Assembly: GCA_016861245.1 (NCBI GenBank)
Contig: BOKZ01000001.1
Span: 280,962 to 344,961 of the forward strand
DNA from: Patescibacteria group bacterium
GTDB taxonomy: Bacteria; Patescibacteriota; UBA1384; 2-12-FULL-50-11
Direction of reading: 5' to 3'
Length of the DNA: 64,000 nucleotides
Part shown: positions 20,946 through 31,482 of the stretch, one piece after another
Layout: every line of letters starts with the position of its first letter
How positions within the stretch are numbered: the first letter of the stretch is position 1
The notes under the pieces: model-generated
Database searches by the model: none
The model's input: only the letters and a program-made list of their open reading frames with translations
What the model was told of the DNA's origin: nothing
Translations under genes and position numbers: made by a program

Positions 20946-22010
20946 TTAATCGTCTAGTAAGTTCTGTTCGGTTTTGTCTAGTACGTGCTGGTTCTCGATT
21001 TGATCCATCACACGCCCGAGTTGACGGCTGCGGGTACTACTAACAACTTGATACTGCTTACTGGCAGACTCGAGACGAGTTCCAAGCGTATCTAGCTCGG
21101 TCGAGAACTTCTCGTACTCTTGGCGAAATTTTTGAACCAGCGAGATAACATTATGAATATTTGACTGCATCTGAAAGTTAGAATGGGCTTGCTTGATTAG
21201 TCTTAGGAGCGCCACAAACGAGTACGGACCAGCTAATACCACTTTTTTAGCCATCGCTTCTTCCCAAATGTCGTTCGAACGTTCGTAGATGTAACTAAAG
21301 ATCATTTCGTTAGGAATAAAGGCTACGGCAAAATCGACGGTGTTGTCGTCCGGGTTTATATAGTTACGATTGGCGATGTCGCCAATTTTCTTGCGAACAT
21401 CACGCTGAAATTGAGCGAAATGCCGCTTCTTCTCCTCTGGGTCTTTCGCCTCCGCTGATTTTTGAAGATTCTGATACGGGAACTTTACGTCGATATTTAT
21501 CTTAGTTTTATCTGGCAGCACCACCGTAAAGTCCGGGCGACCTTCGCCAGATTGATGCTGAACAAAGTAATCCTGGTTGATTACAAAGCCCGCCATTTTT
21601 AACAGGTCTTCAGCGATCCGTTCGCCGAATTGACCGCGGGTTTGATTGTTTGAAAGAACGTTCTTTAATTCATCGGTCGAGCCTCGCAATTCGCTGGCTA
21701 GCTGTTTGTGTGCCTTAAGCTCTTCTTGTAGCGCTGAAAAACTAGAGATTCTATCTTGTTCGCTTCGTCTTAGTTTCTCGTCCGTTTCTTTGAGCTGAAG
21801 GCGAATCTCGTCGACGAGCGTCTTGATCGCGTCTTTTTTGCCCTCAAGATCTGTCTTAATTACTTCTTTCTCGGCGCCGAGCTTTTCTTTCGCTAGGTTG
21901 AGGAGCTGTTCGCTTACCGAGCTGAAGTCACTTTGTCTGTTTTTGAGTAAAAAATAGGTTATACCGGCGCCAAGCATTACTCCACCGGCAAGAAAATAGA
22001 CGTCGTTCAT
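20946..22010 (-). CDS. rmuC: DNA recombination protein RmuC
   Basis: TM plus coiled coil, RGQFGE, RPDF.V.LP, IDVKFP, FIPNE. Confidence 0.92.
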   Translation of the reverse strand: MNDVYFLAGGVMLGAGITYFLLKNRQSDFSSVSEQLLNLAKEKLGAEKEVIKTDLEGKKDAIKTLVDEIRLQLKETDEKLRRSEQDRISSFSALQEELKAHKQLASELRGSTDELKNVLSNNQTRGQFGERIAEDLLKMAGFVINQDYFVQHQSGEGRPDFTVVLPDKTKINIDVKFPYQNLQKSAEAKDPEEKKRHFAQFQRDVRKKIGDIANRNYINPDDNTVDFAVAFIPNEMIFSYIYERSNDIWEEAMAKKVVLAGPYSFVALLRLIKQAHSNFQMQSNIHNVISLVQKFRQEYEKFSTELDTLGTRLESASKQYQVVSSTRSRQLGRVMDQIENQHVLDKTEQNLLDD

Positions 22011-22112
22011 TTCGCTAGTATGCCAGAAAATTAGCTAAAAGTACTTGTCAATGGAATAAATTAGCAGGAGAATATTAGAACCCGCAACCAGCGGGGAAGC
22101 GAGGGAATGCTT

Positions 22113-22409
22113 ATGAACCTTAGAATCTATTCTGGAACATGCGTCACCATGGCGACGCAATTGGAAGCGGAGCTCGAGCTCATCGACGGCGCGAAAGTGG
22201 AGCGCATTGATGACCCGCCCGAGCCTGATGGTCGTGGCATGAGACCGATCGTTTCGGTTCGACTTGAGGTCGACGGAAACTCGGTCTACGAGGGCTACGA
22301 TGCGATTCGCGCTTGGATCGAGCGCCATCATCATCTTCGTGTCGCTCGCCGACACACCCGCCTTCTCCAAGGTTCCAGAGCGACTGCCCGTATCCCGGCA
22401 TACGCCTGA
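22113..22409 (+). CDS. Hypothetical protein, weak glutaredoxin-like pattern
   Basis: LRIYSGTC.. and YEGYDAIRAWI; start uncertain. Confidence 0.35.
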   Translation: MNLRIYSGTCVTMATQLEAELELIDGAKVERIDDPPEPDGRGMRPIVSVRLEVDGNSVYEGYDAIRAWIERHHHLRVARRHTRLLQGSRATARIPAYA

Positions 22410-22438
22410 GGGCGATCGCCCGTCACGACTCCAACGTC

Positions 22439-22918
22439 TTAGGACTGCGGAGTCGTTTTTTGTTGGTTCGGCCGAATATATTTCCAGTAAGCAAGGAAGA
22501 CCAGGACCACTAACCCAAAGGCAACGGCCAGAAAGCGAACTTTTTCATCGCCGCCAGCCAACGCTCGCCCTAGACCGTATAACAGGGTGAAGACCCCACC
22601 GAGTGTTAAGCCGTCACCGATCACCTCAATACTACCGACCCAGATAATCGAGACAGCAAGAATTACTAGCGCAAATCCGATGAGTATTAGTGAGACGTCT
22701 CGGTTATAGGTGTCCATACGCTTCATGAAGGTTTTGTTCTCTTCGTCGAATTTATCTTGTGCTGCTTTTTGTTCTTCCGTGTACCCGTTAGTTCCGGGGT
22801 AATTTAGTTCTCTCGGGTATTCAGGGTACTTTGGTTGAGGGTAGAACGCTTCGATTCCCAACCCAACAACAGCCGCAAATAACAAGCCGATCGCAATAAC
22901 GTAGAGTGTTTTTAACAT
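22439..22918 (-). CDS. Membrane protein
   Basis: 4 TM segments; GIEAFYPQP, GLTLGGVFTLLYG. Confidence 0.75.
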   Translation of the reverse strand: MLKTLYVIAIGLLFAAVVGLGIEAFYPQPKYPEYPRELNYPGTNGYTEEQKAAQDKFDEENKTFMKRMDTYNRDVSLILIGFALVILAVSIIWVGSIEVIGDGLTLGGVFTLLYGLGRALAGGDEKVRFLAVAFGLVVLVFLAYWKYIRPNQQKTTPQS

Positions 22919-23035
22919 ATTTGTAGCGTACGCTCATTCGAGAACGATTCAAGTGGGTATTGCGCTTGGAGTAAATAACGGTAAAAGTAGAGACAAGAGT
23001 AGTTTTAACAAAAACGAGGAAGGAGGTGAGGTGGT

Positions 23036-23248
23036 ATGAAAATGAGTGGAATGGGAATGTTAGTTTGGGTCCTACTGTTTATTGGAGGACTTAACTGGGG
23101 TCTTGTTGGATTCTTCCAATACGATCTAGTGGCAGGTTTATTCGGCGGCATGGATTCCATGCTTTCACGCGTTATCTACAGCCTAGTTGGACTAGCGGCG
23201 CTGTGGAGCCTCATCTCTATGTTTGGTAAGGGCGGCAAGCGACAATAG
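23036..23248 (+). CDS. DUF378 family small membrane protein
   Basis: IGGLNWGLVG.F.YDLV..LFG, RVIY.LVGLAAL; strong SD aggaggtga. Confidence 0.9.
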   Translation: MKMSGMGMLVWVLLFIGGLNWGLVGFFQYDLVAGLFGGMDSMLSRVIYSLVGLAALWSLISMFGKGGKRQ

Positions 23249-23295
23249 CATGGGCGGTCAAAAGCCAATGTAGTTCGCGTTATCGCAATTGCGAA

Positions 23296-23330
23296 AACTA
23301 AAAAGAGGGGTTTTACCCCTCTTTTTAGTT
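23296..23330. terminator. Bidirectional intrinsic terminator
   Basis: aactaaaaagagggg-tttta-cccctctttttagtt. Confidence 0.8.
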
Positions 23331-25202
23331 TGGCTTTCGAACGGTAATAACCGTGCCGTTACTCGACCCGTCTGGATCGTGGTTACTGACAGACTGGTAG
23401 ACGTAACCAGACTTACTTAGCGAAGTCACAGTTAATGTAACAGAGGCTTTCTTAATTGTTGGGAACGACATAACGCATTTACCGTTGATTGTTGTACAAC
23501 TTGCTGTCCCAGAATATCCGCCGGTCCAAGTTCCGCGTACGACTACACCAGAAAGAGCTACCTCGTTTTGATCGTGGGCTGTCACCGTAACCGACCCGGA
23601 CCATCGCCCGTTTCGTTGAACCGCAGAAGTACTCGAGTCGATATCGCCGACGTGCATCGAAATACTTGGAGGCGGTTCTTCAACTACCGACGGAACGATT
23701 TTTATAAGCACGATTTTGTCTGGGATGGAAAGCGCTACTGATTGGGTTTTGGTGTAACTCGCAACTGGGGAGACGTTGTCTTGCGAGTAGACGGTAATAT
23801 CTGACATGGTACCAAGTTGTAGCGTCGCCGGAACGATCGAGTCGGTATCGGTACTGCTTGCGACGTCGTTATAGGCGACCAGCCAAAAGCTCTTGTCTCG
23901 CTTTTGGAACAGGACGTGTTGGAGCGTTGTACTACTATTGGCTAGCGAGTAGTTCAAATTTCCAGTTGTAAAGCCGGAGCCCGGGTCTTTCAGTAGAGAG
24001 ATGATGTTCTTTACAGCAGTAAATGCCGGTTTTGGTGTGCCGTTGGCGCGCACGATTCCGAAATTTTTTTGTTTAGTGTCGGACTGGCTAACTTCGTCGA
24101 GCAGCTCGTAGTTATAACTTTTATCGATCGCTGAAAGCCCTTGAGCGTCTACTGAAGTCGTAAAGTGAGTAAAGAGCGATCTCGGAAGATACTTAGCTTG
24201 CTGGGTTTCTGAGACTAATCCGGTTTGAATCGGCGTAGCGGCGGGCCAACCTAATTCAGTCGCAGTTAGTTTTTTCCCGGGCAAATACGCTTGCCAGACT
24301 TGAACTTTTGGCCCCAAACAAGAAGACTGAGCTTTGCCGGTACAGTACGGATGGAAGCTACCGGTGTCGACTAGCGGTTTAATCACGTCAAGTTTCGCTA
24401 ACTCAGCCGAAACGTCTGTTGTGGTACCATCGGGATTAGTCTTTTTTGCGGTGCTAAACTCTTCGAGGTGAACGTACGACGGTGAGAGGATCGGAATAGA
24501 CTGAGTCAACGGATCGGCATTTAGCCCGTCGTACAGAGATCGCATTGCGCTGATCGTATCTTCGATCCAGGTTGGGTTTCTGTTGGTTATTTTATCGTAC
24601 CAAGTGCCGGAGATCTGGCACTCTGGTCTCCAAGAGAAACAGTGGTCGGGCTCGTTTGGTCCTTCGAACGCAGCAATCTTAACTGCGGCCGTTACGGTTT
24701 GCCCGACCTCTTCTCCGCAGCCACTCGGAATAACCCCACCTTGCAGTAGTAGTTTATTTTTAACCTGGAAACATTTATTACCAGGGAAAGCAGTTGATGT
24801 GGTTGAGTTAGAAACGATTAAGTTAACCGCAATCGGTGCGCTGCCATCGGTTGGGTTGCTCAGTTCTGATAGCCGCTCGGCGTAGCGCTTGAACGAGTTG
24901 TTGCCCGTTCCCATCGTGCCATGGCTGTCGCGGATATAACGCACGCCTAATTCTTTTAGTTTTGGCTTAACAAGAGAAGTATAAACGTCGGTGAAGTAAC
25001 TATTAGTGTTGTAGTCGGCGTAACTAAAATGCGTATTCAGACCAAACGACTCGACGAACGAGTCGGCTGGGTACGCTTTTACATCTGTTGTTACAGACGC
25101 CGCCTCAAACTCTCCACTCTCTTCGGTGCGATTAAAATAGACAAAAGCGGCGATTCCTACTACCACTAAAAATCCGGCAACGATCAGTAGTTTTTTTCGC
25201 AT
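23325..25202 (-). CDS. Surface clan GH-A glycoside hydrolase-like protein with C-terminal Ig-like domain
   Basis: TM anchor; FVESFGLNTH, LGVRYIRD, EGPNEPD, HPY, ATELGW, YELLD, KPAF. Confidence 0.7.
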   Translation of the reverse strand: MRKKLLIVAGFLVVVGIAAFVYFNRTEESGEFEAASVTTDVKAYPADSFVESFGLNTHFSYADYNTNSYFTDVYTSLVKPKLKELGVRYIRDSHGTMGTGNNSFKRYAERLSELSNPTDGSAPIAVNLIVSNSTTSTAFPGNKCFQVKNKLLLQGGVIPSGCGEEVGQTVTAAVKIAAFEGPNEPDHCFSWRPECQISGTWYDKITNRNPTWIEDTISAMRSLYDGLNADPLTQSIPILSPSYVHLEEFSTAKKTNPDGTTTDVSAELAKLDVIKPLVDTGSFHPYCTGKAQSSCLGPKVQVWQAYLPGKKLTATELGWPAATPIQTGLVSETQQAKYLPRSLFTHFTTSVDAQGLSAIDKSYNYELLDEVSQSDTKQKNFGIVRANGTPKPAFTAVKNIISLLKDPGSGFTTGNLNYSLANSSTTLQHVLFQKRDKSFWLVAYNDVASSTDTDSIVPATLQLGTMSDITVYSQDNVSPVASYTKTQSVALSIPDKIVLIKIVPSVVEEPPPSISMHVGDIDSSTSAVQRNGRWSGSVTVTAHDQNEVALSGVVVRGTWTGGYSGTASCTTINGKCVMSFPTIKKASVTLTVTSLSKSGYVYQSVSNHDPDGSSNGTVITVRKPN

Positions 25203-25205
25203 TAG

Positions 25206-25424
25206 TTACTTATTACGAAGCAGACCTAGTTCGAGCTGGATATAGCCGAGACTCATAATAATGAGTCCACCCATTACTTTAATCGATGGGAACGCAACGA
25301 TCGTCTCTTCTTGAGCAAAGTTAATTAACCAACCGCTCACACCGAACGCAAAGATTGCCGCACCGATAAAAATAACACTTAACGCTACCGCTACGAACGA
25401 CTTGTCTTGTCTTTTCCAAAACAT
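25206..25424 (-). CDS. Small membrane protein
   Basis: 2 TM segments; aggagg SD. Confidence 0.65.
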   Translation of the reverse strand: MFWKRQDKSFVAVALSVIFIGAAIFAFGVSGWLINFAQEETIVAFPSIKVMGGLIIMSLGYIQLELGLLRNK

Positions 25425-25509
25425 TTCCCCTCCTATTCTCTTTTATATAACAGTAACAGCTCCCGGCTGTGAAGCAACAGGAGCTGTTCTGTTCTACAAT
25501 TTTACTTGT

Positions 25510-25833
25510 TTATCGGCTCCAATTACTGTTGCCACCGCCGCGATTGTCGCGTGGTTGCATTGGACGAGCAACGTTGACCGTGAGCGGTCGACCGTCGAGC
25601 TCTTTACCGTTCATACCTTCGATAGCAGCTTGCGCTTCTTCTGGGGTACTCATCTCAACGAAAGCAAAACCCTTTGAGCGGTTGTCGCGATCGTATTTGA
25701 TCTCGGCAGACTCAACTGTACCAAACTGATCAAAGGCAGCCTTGAGGCTGTCGTTGGTCGAGTTGTAGCTGATATTACCGATAAAAAGACGCTTGCCTGA
25801 AGCGGCTTGTTCTTGGTTGTTTGTTTCTTCCAT
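25510..25833 (-). CDS. RRM RNA-binding protein
   Basis: RNP2 LFIGNI, RNP1 KGFAFVEM, Gly-rich tail. Confidence 0.95.
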   Translation of the reverse strand: MEETNNQEQAASGKRLFIGNISYNSTNDSLKAAFDQFGTVESAEIKYDRDNRSKGFAFVEMSTPEEAQAAIEGMNGKELDGRPLTVNVARPMQPRDNRGGGNSNWSR

Positions 25834-26011
25834 GACGTTCCTTTCTTACACTTTCACCGTAGGACGACCTTGATGTCGAACGGTCATGGACCCGCAATAT
25901 TGCAAATAGTTCATTACCTTCTCGAACCTACAACAGTAATCATAGCGATATATATGAATCTGTAAAGTACAAATCGATAGTCACGAGGAATTTTTAAACT
26001 AATATTGATGT

Positions 26012-26569
26012 ATGCGTTTATTTCATGAGGAGTTCCACTGGAAGTATCCTAACCTGTCGATCCTACTAGTGAGCGTGCTACTTACTATCATCGGGCTGAA
26101 GAACGGTTCCCTACAATCCGTCGTCGATTTATTGGGTTATCTTGGGTATTTTGGGATTCTTGTGGCGGGATTGCTGTTTGTTTCTACCTTTACCGTTGTT
26201 CCGGCGGCTGCGGTGTTATTTGTTTTTGCCAAGATTACAGATCCAGTAATTGTGGCAATTATCGGCGGATTAGGGGCGACTATCGGAGATTTGATCGGAT
26301 TTATATTCGTTCGCGAGCGCTTACTGGCAGAATTAAATCCACTGTTAAAAGCATTACATCTGTACCGGAGGATCAATATTGTTAATTCTCGCTATTTTGG
26401 TTGGTTTGCCCCGGTCTTAGGGGCAGCGGTTATCGCATCCCCGCTACCGGACGAGTTAGGATTGACGTTACTTGGGATCACGAAAATAAAAGTTCACTCA
26501 CTTGCGTTAATTGCTTTCGTCTTAAATAGCCTTGGGATACTACTACTAGCGATCGCGGCCAACTCGTAA
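26012..26569 (+). CDS. VTT/DedA-like membrane protein
   Basis: GGLGATIGD, IASPLPDELG. Confidence 0.7.
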   Translation: MRLFHEEFHWKYPNLSILLVSVLLTIIGLKNGSLQSVVDLLGYLGYFGILVAGLLFVSTFTVVPAAAVLFVFAKITDPVIVAIIGGLGATIGDLIGFIFVRERLLAELNPLLKALHLYRRINIVNSRYFGWFAPVLGAAVIASPLPDELGLTLLGITKIKVHSLALIAFVLNSLGILLLAIAANS

Positions 26570-26580
26570 TTAACTAATTG

Positions 26581-26979
26581 TTAGTTATACGAATCGATCT
26601 CGTCTTCGATCTCCCAGGCAAGTTCGATCAGTCCGATACTATTCAGAGCCTCAGGAATATCCTCGAGATCTTCGACGTATCTGCTAACGTCTCCGCCTTC
26701 TTTATAAATACTGGCTCGAGCGATCTGAGCGCCAATCCGTACTTCGGCCGAATCCACACTCTCGACTAACGCCTCTAATTGGTCGCTGTACTCGTTGTGT
26801 AATTGCTTGCGGTCTTCTTCGTTGTTCGCTCGGATAGCCTCGGCGAGCAGATGATGCGTGTGTTGCATCTCCTCGGATTCGTGAAATCCGAGAAGCTCCA
26901 AAATCTTAGGCAGATTAAACTCTTGTTTCTGCTCAGTCTCGCTATTCTCTGGGTTATAGCCCGGTTCAAGCTCGCTCAT
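26581..26979 (-). CDS. Acidic helical hypothetical protein
   Basis: ORF only. Confidence 0.55.
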   Translation of the reverse strand: MSELEPGYNPENSETEQKQEFNLPKILELLGFHESEEMQHTHHLLAEAIRANNEEDRKQLHNEYSDQLEALVESVDSAEVRIGAQIARASIYKEGGDVSRYVEDLEDIPEALNSIGLIELAWEIEDEIDSYN

Positions 26980-27057
26980 AGTATTTATGTACACCTAATC
27001 TAAGGTAATAGAAATAGATCTCAACAAATTGGGTCACATTCCTGCTATAGTTCAAGA

Positions 27058-27543
27058 ATGAAAATAATTATTGGTATCGTAGTAGGGTTAATTGTAATCG
27101 GATCTGTAGTTTTTTTTACTAAAAGTAATAGTTCTCAAGAACCAGCAGGTGAGAACGCGACAACATCGAGTACACAAGAATCGACTGCACAGACAGATAC
27201 AAACTCGACCGCCGATACGGACACCACCGCTACTGCCGAGGGAGAGTATAAGGACTACTCCGCTGAGGCAGTAAGCGCTACTGGGGGGACTAGATTACTG
27301 TTCTTCCATGCATCTTGGTGCCCACAGTGTCGAGCGCTTGATGCGAGCATTAAACAGAGTAGCATCCCGGCAGGCGTTACTATCTTTAAAGTCGATTACG
27401 ACTCAAACCAAGCTTTAAGAAAACAGTACGGCGTAACAGTTCAAACAACGGTGGTTCGGCTCGACGCACAAGGTAACCTTGTTGAGAAGTACGTTGCGTA
27501 CGATCAGCCTAACTTCGACTCTGTTAAAAGCAACCTATTATGA
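27058..27543 (+). CDS. Membrane-anchored thioredoxin
   Basis: TM, S/T linker, FFHASWCPQC, YGVTVQTT. Confidence 0.9.
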   Translation: MKIIIGIVVGLIVIGSVVFFTKSNSSQEPAGENATTSSTQESTAQTDTNSTADTDTTATAEGEYKDYSAEAVSATGGTRLLFFHASWCPQCRALDASIKQSSIPAGVTIFKVDYDSNQALRKQYGVTVQTTVVRLDAQGNLVEKYVAYDQPNFDSVKSNLL

Positions 27544-28265
27544 TCTCGTTGGTAGTCGTCTCGTTTTTTGCCGGGTTTTTAACGGTATTAGCGCCGTGCA
27601 TTTTACCGCTACTCCCGGTTGTACTTGTTGGTACAACGAACGGTACATCGAAGACCGCGAGAGTTTCCACGATAATCCTCGGACTCACAATCTCTGTTGT
27701 CGTCTTTTCTCTTCTACTTAAAGCAACCACAGCTTTATTAGGCGTGCCGCAACAATTCTGGCAGGTCGTTTCCGGGGTGCTGTTGGTGTTTTTTGGCCTG
27801 GTTATGCTTTTTCCCAGCCTTTGGGAAAAACTCGCGGCGCCACTTAGTGCAAAGGCCGGGCAGTCGTTGCAATCAGCTGGTGGTACGCGGAATAAATGGG
27901 GAGATTTCTTGCTTGGGGCGGCACTAGGCCCAGTATTTAATAGCTGTAGTCCGACGTATGCGCTTATCGTTGCTGTAATTTTGCCAACGTCGTTTACCCA
28001 GGGCTTGTTATATCTAATTCTCTACGCCCTAGGTTTGGCGGTCGCGCTCTCGCTGATCGCGCTTCTTGGCCGCTCGATTGTCTCGAAACTCGGTTGGGCC
28101 GCCGATCCCCACGGCTGGTTTCATAAGGCGATAGGATTACTACTCGTTGTTGCCGGTGTCGCTGTTGTGTTTGGTCTAGACAAGAGTTTCCAAACGTTTG
28201 TGCTGGATAACGGTTGGTACGATCCGATTATGCGGCTCGAACAGCGTTTCGATTTACGAAATTAA
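27540..28265 (+). CDS. ccdA: CcdA/DsbD-like electron transporter
   Basis: AGFLTVLAPCILPLLP, FNSCSP; ATGA overlap with the thioredoxin gene. Confidence 0.85.
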   Translation: MISLVVVSFFAGFLTVLAPCILPLLPVVLVGTTNGTSKTARVSTIILGLTISVVVFSLLLKATTALLGVPQQFWQVVSGVLLVFFGLVMLFPSLWEKLAAPLSAKAGQSLQSAGGTRNKWGDFLLGAALGPVFNSCSPTYALIVAVILPTSFTQGLLYLILYALGLAVALSLIALLGRSIVSKLGWAADPHGWFHKAIGLLLVVAGVAVVFGLDKSFQTFVLDNGWYDPIMRLEQRFDLRN

Positions 28266-28658
28266 ATAGAAGCTGGCAATAAACATCGCTGTAAAATTGA
28301 CTGCCGATAGAACACACCAAGTGCAAAACGCTCGTAGTACGAATGCTTGGACGTAAGTGAAGTACATCGAGAACGCAAAGCCGATCCAGATAACAATTTT
28401 TGCAATTCCGAGCGCGTTGGCGCTGTACCAGAAAACGATCGCAAGAAGAATTACATACATAACAAAGCCGAGGATCGGATTCGGAATGCCAAAGGTTTTA
28501 CTTTGAGGCGCAGTTTGAACTTTTTTACACCACTCGTCGGGAAAAAACGGACACCAAACGTCGGTTCCCCGCAGCTTGTGATAGATAAGATACAACGTAT
28601 CAAGTAGCCCGATCACCGCGAACACTTTGACGATATCCAACGCAAGTTTATTATCCAT
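28254..28658 (-). CDS. Vitamin K epoxide reductase (VKOR) family protein
   Basis: C..C loop pair, FGIPNPILG, AFCTWC. Confidence 0.9.
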   Translation of the reverse strand: MDNKLALDIVKVFAVIGLLDTLYLIYHKLRGTDVWCPFFPDEWCKKVQTAPQSKTFGIPNPILGFVMYVILLAIVFWYSANALGIAKIVIWIGFAFSMYFTYVQAFVLRAFCTWCVLSAVNFTAMFIASFYLIS

Positions 28659-28810
28659 TGCGCCTCCTTTGAGGCTATTGCACGCTTATCGGTTAGGGCT
28701 GTCAAGAACTGCATAAGTTGAAGTGTCATACCGCAGAGTGCTGCATTTTATTTAGATTTTTGCTAAACTGCGTGGACTAATTGAGCTAGCTCAGTTAATG
28801 GAGATCGCAA

Positions 28811-29125
28811 ATGAACAAAATGTACTTCGCTAGTCTGTTCGGACCCGGGCAGGCAAGTTTCGAGGAAGCCCAAGACTGGGCACGTCGTCTCGCTCTCGGC
28901 GAGATCAAGTCGTTCGTCCCGGTTCTCGGCAAGATTGCCGGTTACCACGTCGAGCACAGCAACTCACAGATCCCTGTGCAGAAGTTCGACCCGCCGCTTC
29001 GAGAGGGTCAAGAGGTGACAGTTCTCTTCGTCAACAAGTTTGGCAACGTCTCGCTGATGCGCGACGAAGAGGGAACGCTCAGCTTCTACCCCCACGTCAA
29101 CGCCAACGTCGAGTACGACGAATAA
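28811..29125 (+). CDS. Hypothetical protein
   Basis: ggaga SD; terminator-like hairpin downstream. Confidence 0.6.
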   Translation: MNKMYFASLFGPGQASFEEAQDWARRLALGEIKSFVPVLGKIAGYHVEHSNSQIPVQKFDPPLREGQEVTVLFVNKFGNVSLMRDEEGTLSFYPHVNANVEYDE

Positions 29126-29176
29126 GTCGCTCCGACTCAACCGCATGGTTCGCCCAGCGGTTTTTTATAACTGTGA

Positions 29177-30406
29177 TTAGCGGAGGTAAGTTTTAACTTT
29201 TGCCGAGAACCCAACGACGGACGAGCAGGATTGTTTAGGGAATGATTCGAACTGGATTGAACGGTTATCTTTCATTTGAACAAGCGCACACCCGTGGACT
29301 GCCGATTGTGGCTTAACTTTTGGACCCTTAATAACTGTGTTACCTGACCACGGCGCGCCGTTTGCGTCTGTGTACCCCCATTGGACTAGCTCGTATTTAA
29401 CTAAACCGCTTTGAGGGCTAACTTGAGCGGGGTCTGGTGTGTTAGCTACGGTAGTAAATTGTTTTGCTTCTCCACCAAAATCTCCAATTGAAATAATAAA
29501 GTATGTCGGATCGTAATGATCGGGGGCAAATGAAAGATGGCCACCCCAATATTCTCCACCGGTACCGTTAGTTTTGCCGCCATACCAATTAGTGCCTTCT
29601 TCGAACCAGTTTCCAATCAATTTTCCGTCAATATCGTAATCGATTTTGCCGCTAACCGGCTCAGCTATTCTTGGAGAACGCGCAAGTATTTTTGCTTTCA
29701 GCTCATCGGTATAGTAGTCAAGCGGATCGGCGGTGTAGAGTTTCCAGTTTTCGGCTTTGTAATGTTCGGGATAGATAAAACCCTTGAGCGGCTTAGTTGT
29801 GTCCCAAACAGCAAAGTCTAGAGTCTGACCACCGATTCGTCCGATCAGTTCGCCGGCCTTAACTTTTATGCTAAGTGGCTTTCTGAGCGAGCCGCCTCTA
29901 GCTTCGTCGTAAACTTTTTTTATTTCCGGCGTTAAACTTGTAACAAGATCGTAGTAGTAGAAGTAGTTACAGGTAATTGAGAAAACGAGACGATATTCAG
30001 TACCGCGTTCGTTAGTTCGCTCGCCGATATCTGTGATGGTTGCATCGGCCATGGCGTAAACTTCGTAGATGTCTCGCTTCGACATATAATCAGCTGGAGC
30101 GAAATACTGATGATCGATCGGCGTTACGTGTCCACCAACCATTAGGCCGTACGGGATAACAACGGAAAAATCTGACTCGTCCATCGGTAACTTGCTTAGT
30201 TTGTAGGGGAAACCTTCGCCCTCACAGCCCTGGCTGATCGCTTTACCAGCCTTGTATGCCTCGTTCTCATTATCTTTAGTTTCGGTGGTTGTCTGGCTAT
30301 TTGTGGTGTTAATTGGTGTTCGTTTGACAGCAACTGCTGTGGCAACCGCAAAAACTAGAACAAGTGGGGTCACAAGAAAGAGAAATATCTTTCGAGCTTT
30401 ACTCAT
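29177..30406 (-). CDS. Exported hypothetical protein (weak M23-like pattern)
   Basis: Signal/TM; HVTPIDHQY, VYAMADATI, VKAGELIG. Confidence 0.7.
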   Translation of the reverse strand: MSKARKIFLFLVTPLVLVFAVATAVAVKRTPINTTNSQTTTETKDNENEAYKAGKAISQGCEGEGFPYKLSKLPMDESDFSVVIPYGLMVGGHVTPIDHQYFAPADYMSKRDIYEVYAMADATITDIGERTNERGTEYRLVFSITCNYFYYYDLVTSLTPEIKKVYDEARGGSLRKPLSIKVKAGELIGRIGGQTLDFAVWDTTKPLKGFIYPEHYKAENWKLYTADPLDYYTDELKAKILARSPRIAEPVSGKIDYDIDGKLIGNWFEEGTNWYGGKTNGTGGEYWGGHLSFAPDHYDPTYFIISIGDFGGEAKQFTTVANTPDPAQVSPQSGLVKYELVQWGYTDANGAPWSGNTVIKGPKVKPQSAVHGCALVQMKDNRSIQFESFPKQSCSSVVGFSAKVKTYLR

Positions 30407-30438
30407 ACTTTTACGCTAACGGTCTGGCGTAGGTATGT

Positions 30439-30708
30439 CTAGCTCCCCCAATTGGTAAAAACACCAACGGCGAGTTCAGCCCAAAGCCAAAAGATGCTAG
30501 CAGCAACGAGTACACTGAGGGCTCGGAGCCCAAGACTCTTTGTTTTGTCTAACGCAGTTAGTAGGCTTACTCCAATACCAACGAGCATCACCCAGGCAGC
30601 GGCAAAATCCGAGACAGTCCAACTTACCCCGTTGTTCAACTGCATCGCGATTAACGGTAGTAACATCAGCGCTGCGGCTCCGAGAGTAATCTTCAAAATA
30701 TTGTTCAT
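30439..30708 (-). CDS. Small membrane protein
   Basis: LLPLIAMQ...V.WT.SDF, WAELAVG. Confidence 0.75.
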   Translation of the reverse strand: MNNILKITLGAAALMLLPLIAMQLNNGVSWTVSDFAAAWVMLVGIGVSLLTALDKTKSLGLRALSVLVAASIFWLWAELAVGVFTNWGS

Positions 30709-31007
30709 TATTTTCTCTTGCCCAGTATATATTTCTGTGACGGACTGAGCTCTTTATCTTTTCTGTGTGTACAGCCCAGCCAACAGCACGGCCGACGCTT
30801 ACCCTCAACCAGCTCCGGGCAGATTCGGTTGATATGATCCCGTCTTGTTTCAGGCCTTTTAACTGACTCAACCCAGCAGATCCACTCGTTGCGGGCGAGT
30901 GGCGTTAGAGTTTCCCACTTCGTTAGGGCGGCTTTGTTGGCAGTTAGGACTCTTTTTAGTTCAGGCGATAAATTATGTACCGTCCCTCCCGATATTTCTT
31001 TAGGCAT
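30708..31007 (-). CDS. YdeI/OmpD-associated family protein
   Basis: WETLTPLARNEWICWVESVKRPETR, GKRRPCCW. Confidence 0.85.
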   Translation of the reverse strand: MPKEISGGTVHNLSPELKRVLTANKAALTKWETLTPLARNEWICWVESVKRPETRRDHINRICPELVEGKRRPCCWLGCTHRKDKELSPSQKYILGKRK

Positions 31008-31422
31008 TCGGATAACGTCTTTCCATATACTCCCAACAATGGCTAATTAACTTCTCTAGGATTTTTATATCAACATCGGCGAGCTTATTAATATATAAAC
31101 AGCCAACACCAGTTTTGTGCTTGCCTAGCTTTTCTAATAATGGAGCGTCGCTTTCTCCTGTTAAGACATACAGCGTCAGCGCTTGCTTGCGCGGCGAAAA
31201 GCCAGTTCTCAGCCAGTCTCCCCCTTGTCGGCTCCGCTCTGACTTATAATGATATACCCCAAATCCGACCATAGTCGGTCCCCACATCACTGGTTTTTCG
31301 CCTGTGATTTTTTTAAACATCTCCAATAAAGTAAGACCATCCCGTCGTTTTTGCTCAGGCTCAATACTTTGTAAAAACTCTTCAACGCTCTTGTTTGTAG
31401 CTTTGGTTTTTGGTTCAGCCAT
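31000..31422 (-). CDS. DUF1801 family protein
   Basis: TGEKPVMWGP.MVGFG.YHY, GFSPRK, LGKHKTGVGCLYINKL. Confidence 0.9.
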   Translation of the reverse strand: MAEPKTKATNKSVEEFLQSIEPEQKRRDGLTLLEMFKKITGEKPVMWGPTMVGFGVYHYKSERSRQGGDWLRTGFSPRKQALTLYVLTGESDAPLLEKLGKHKTGVGCLYINKLADVDIKILEKLISHCWEYMERRYPNA

Positions 31423-31482
31423 TTTTATATAGTTGTATGTGTGCGTGCCGTATTGATTGATATCAATGTCTAGATATCCAGT

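Noticed and set aside
27540-27543. Recoded UGA (genetic code 25)
   Set aside because: Housekeeping ORFs are full length under code 11, and TGA serves as the stop in ATGA overlaps (trx-ccdA, dnaG-rpoD).
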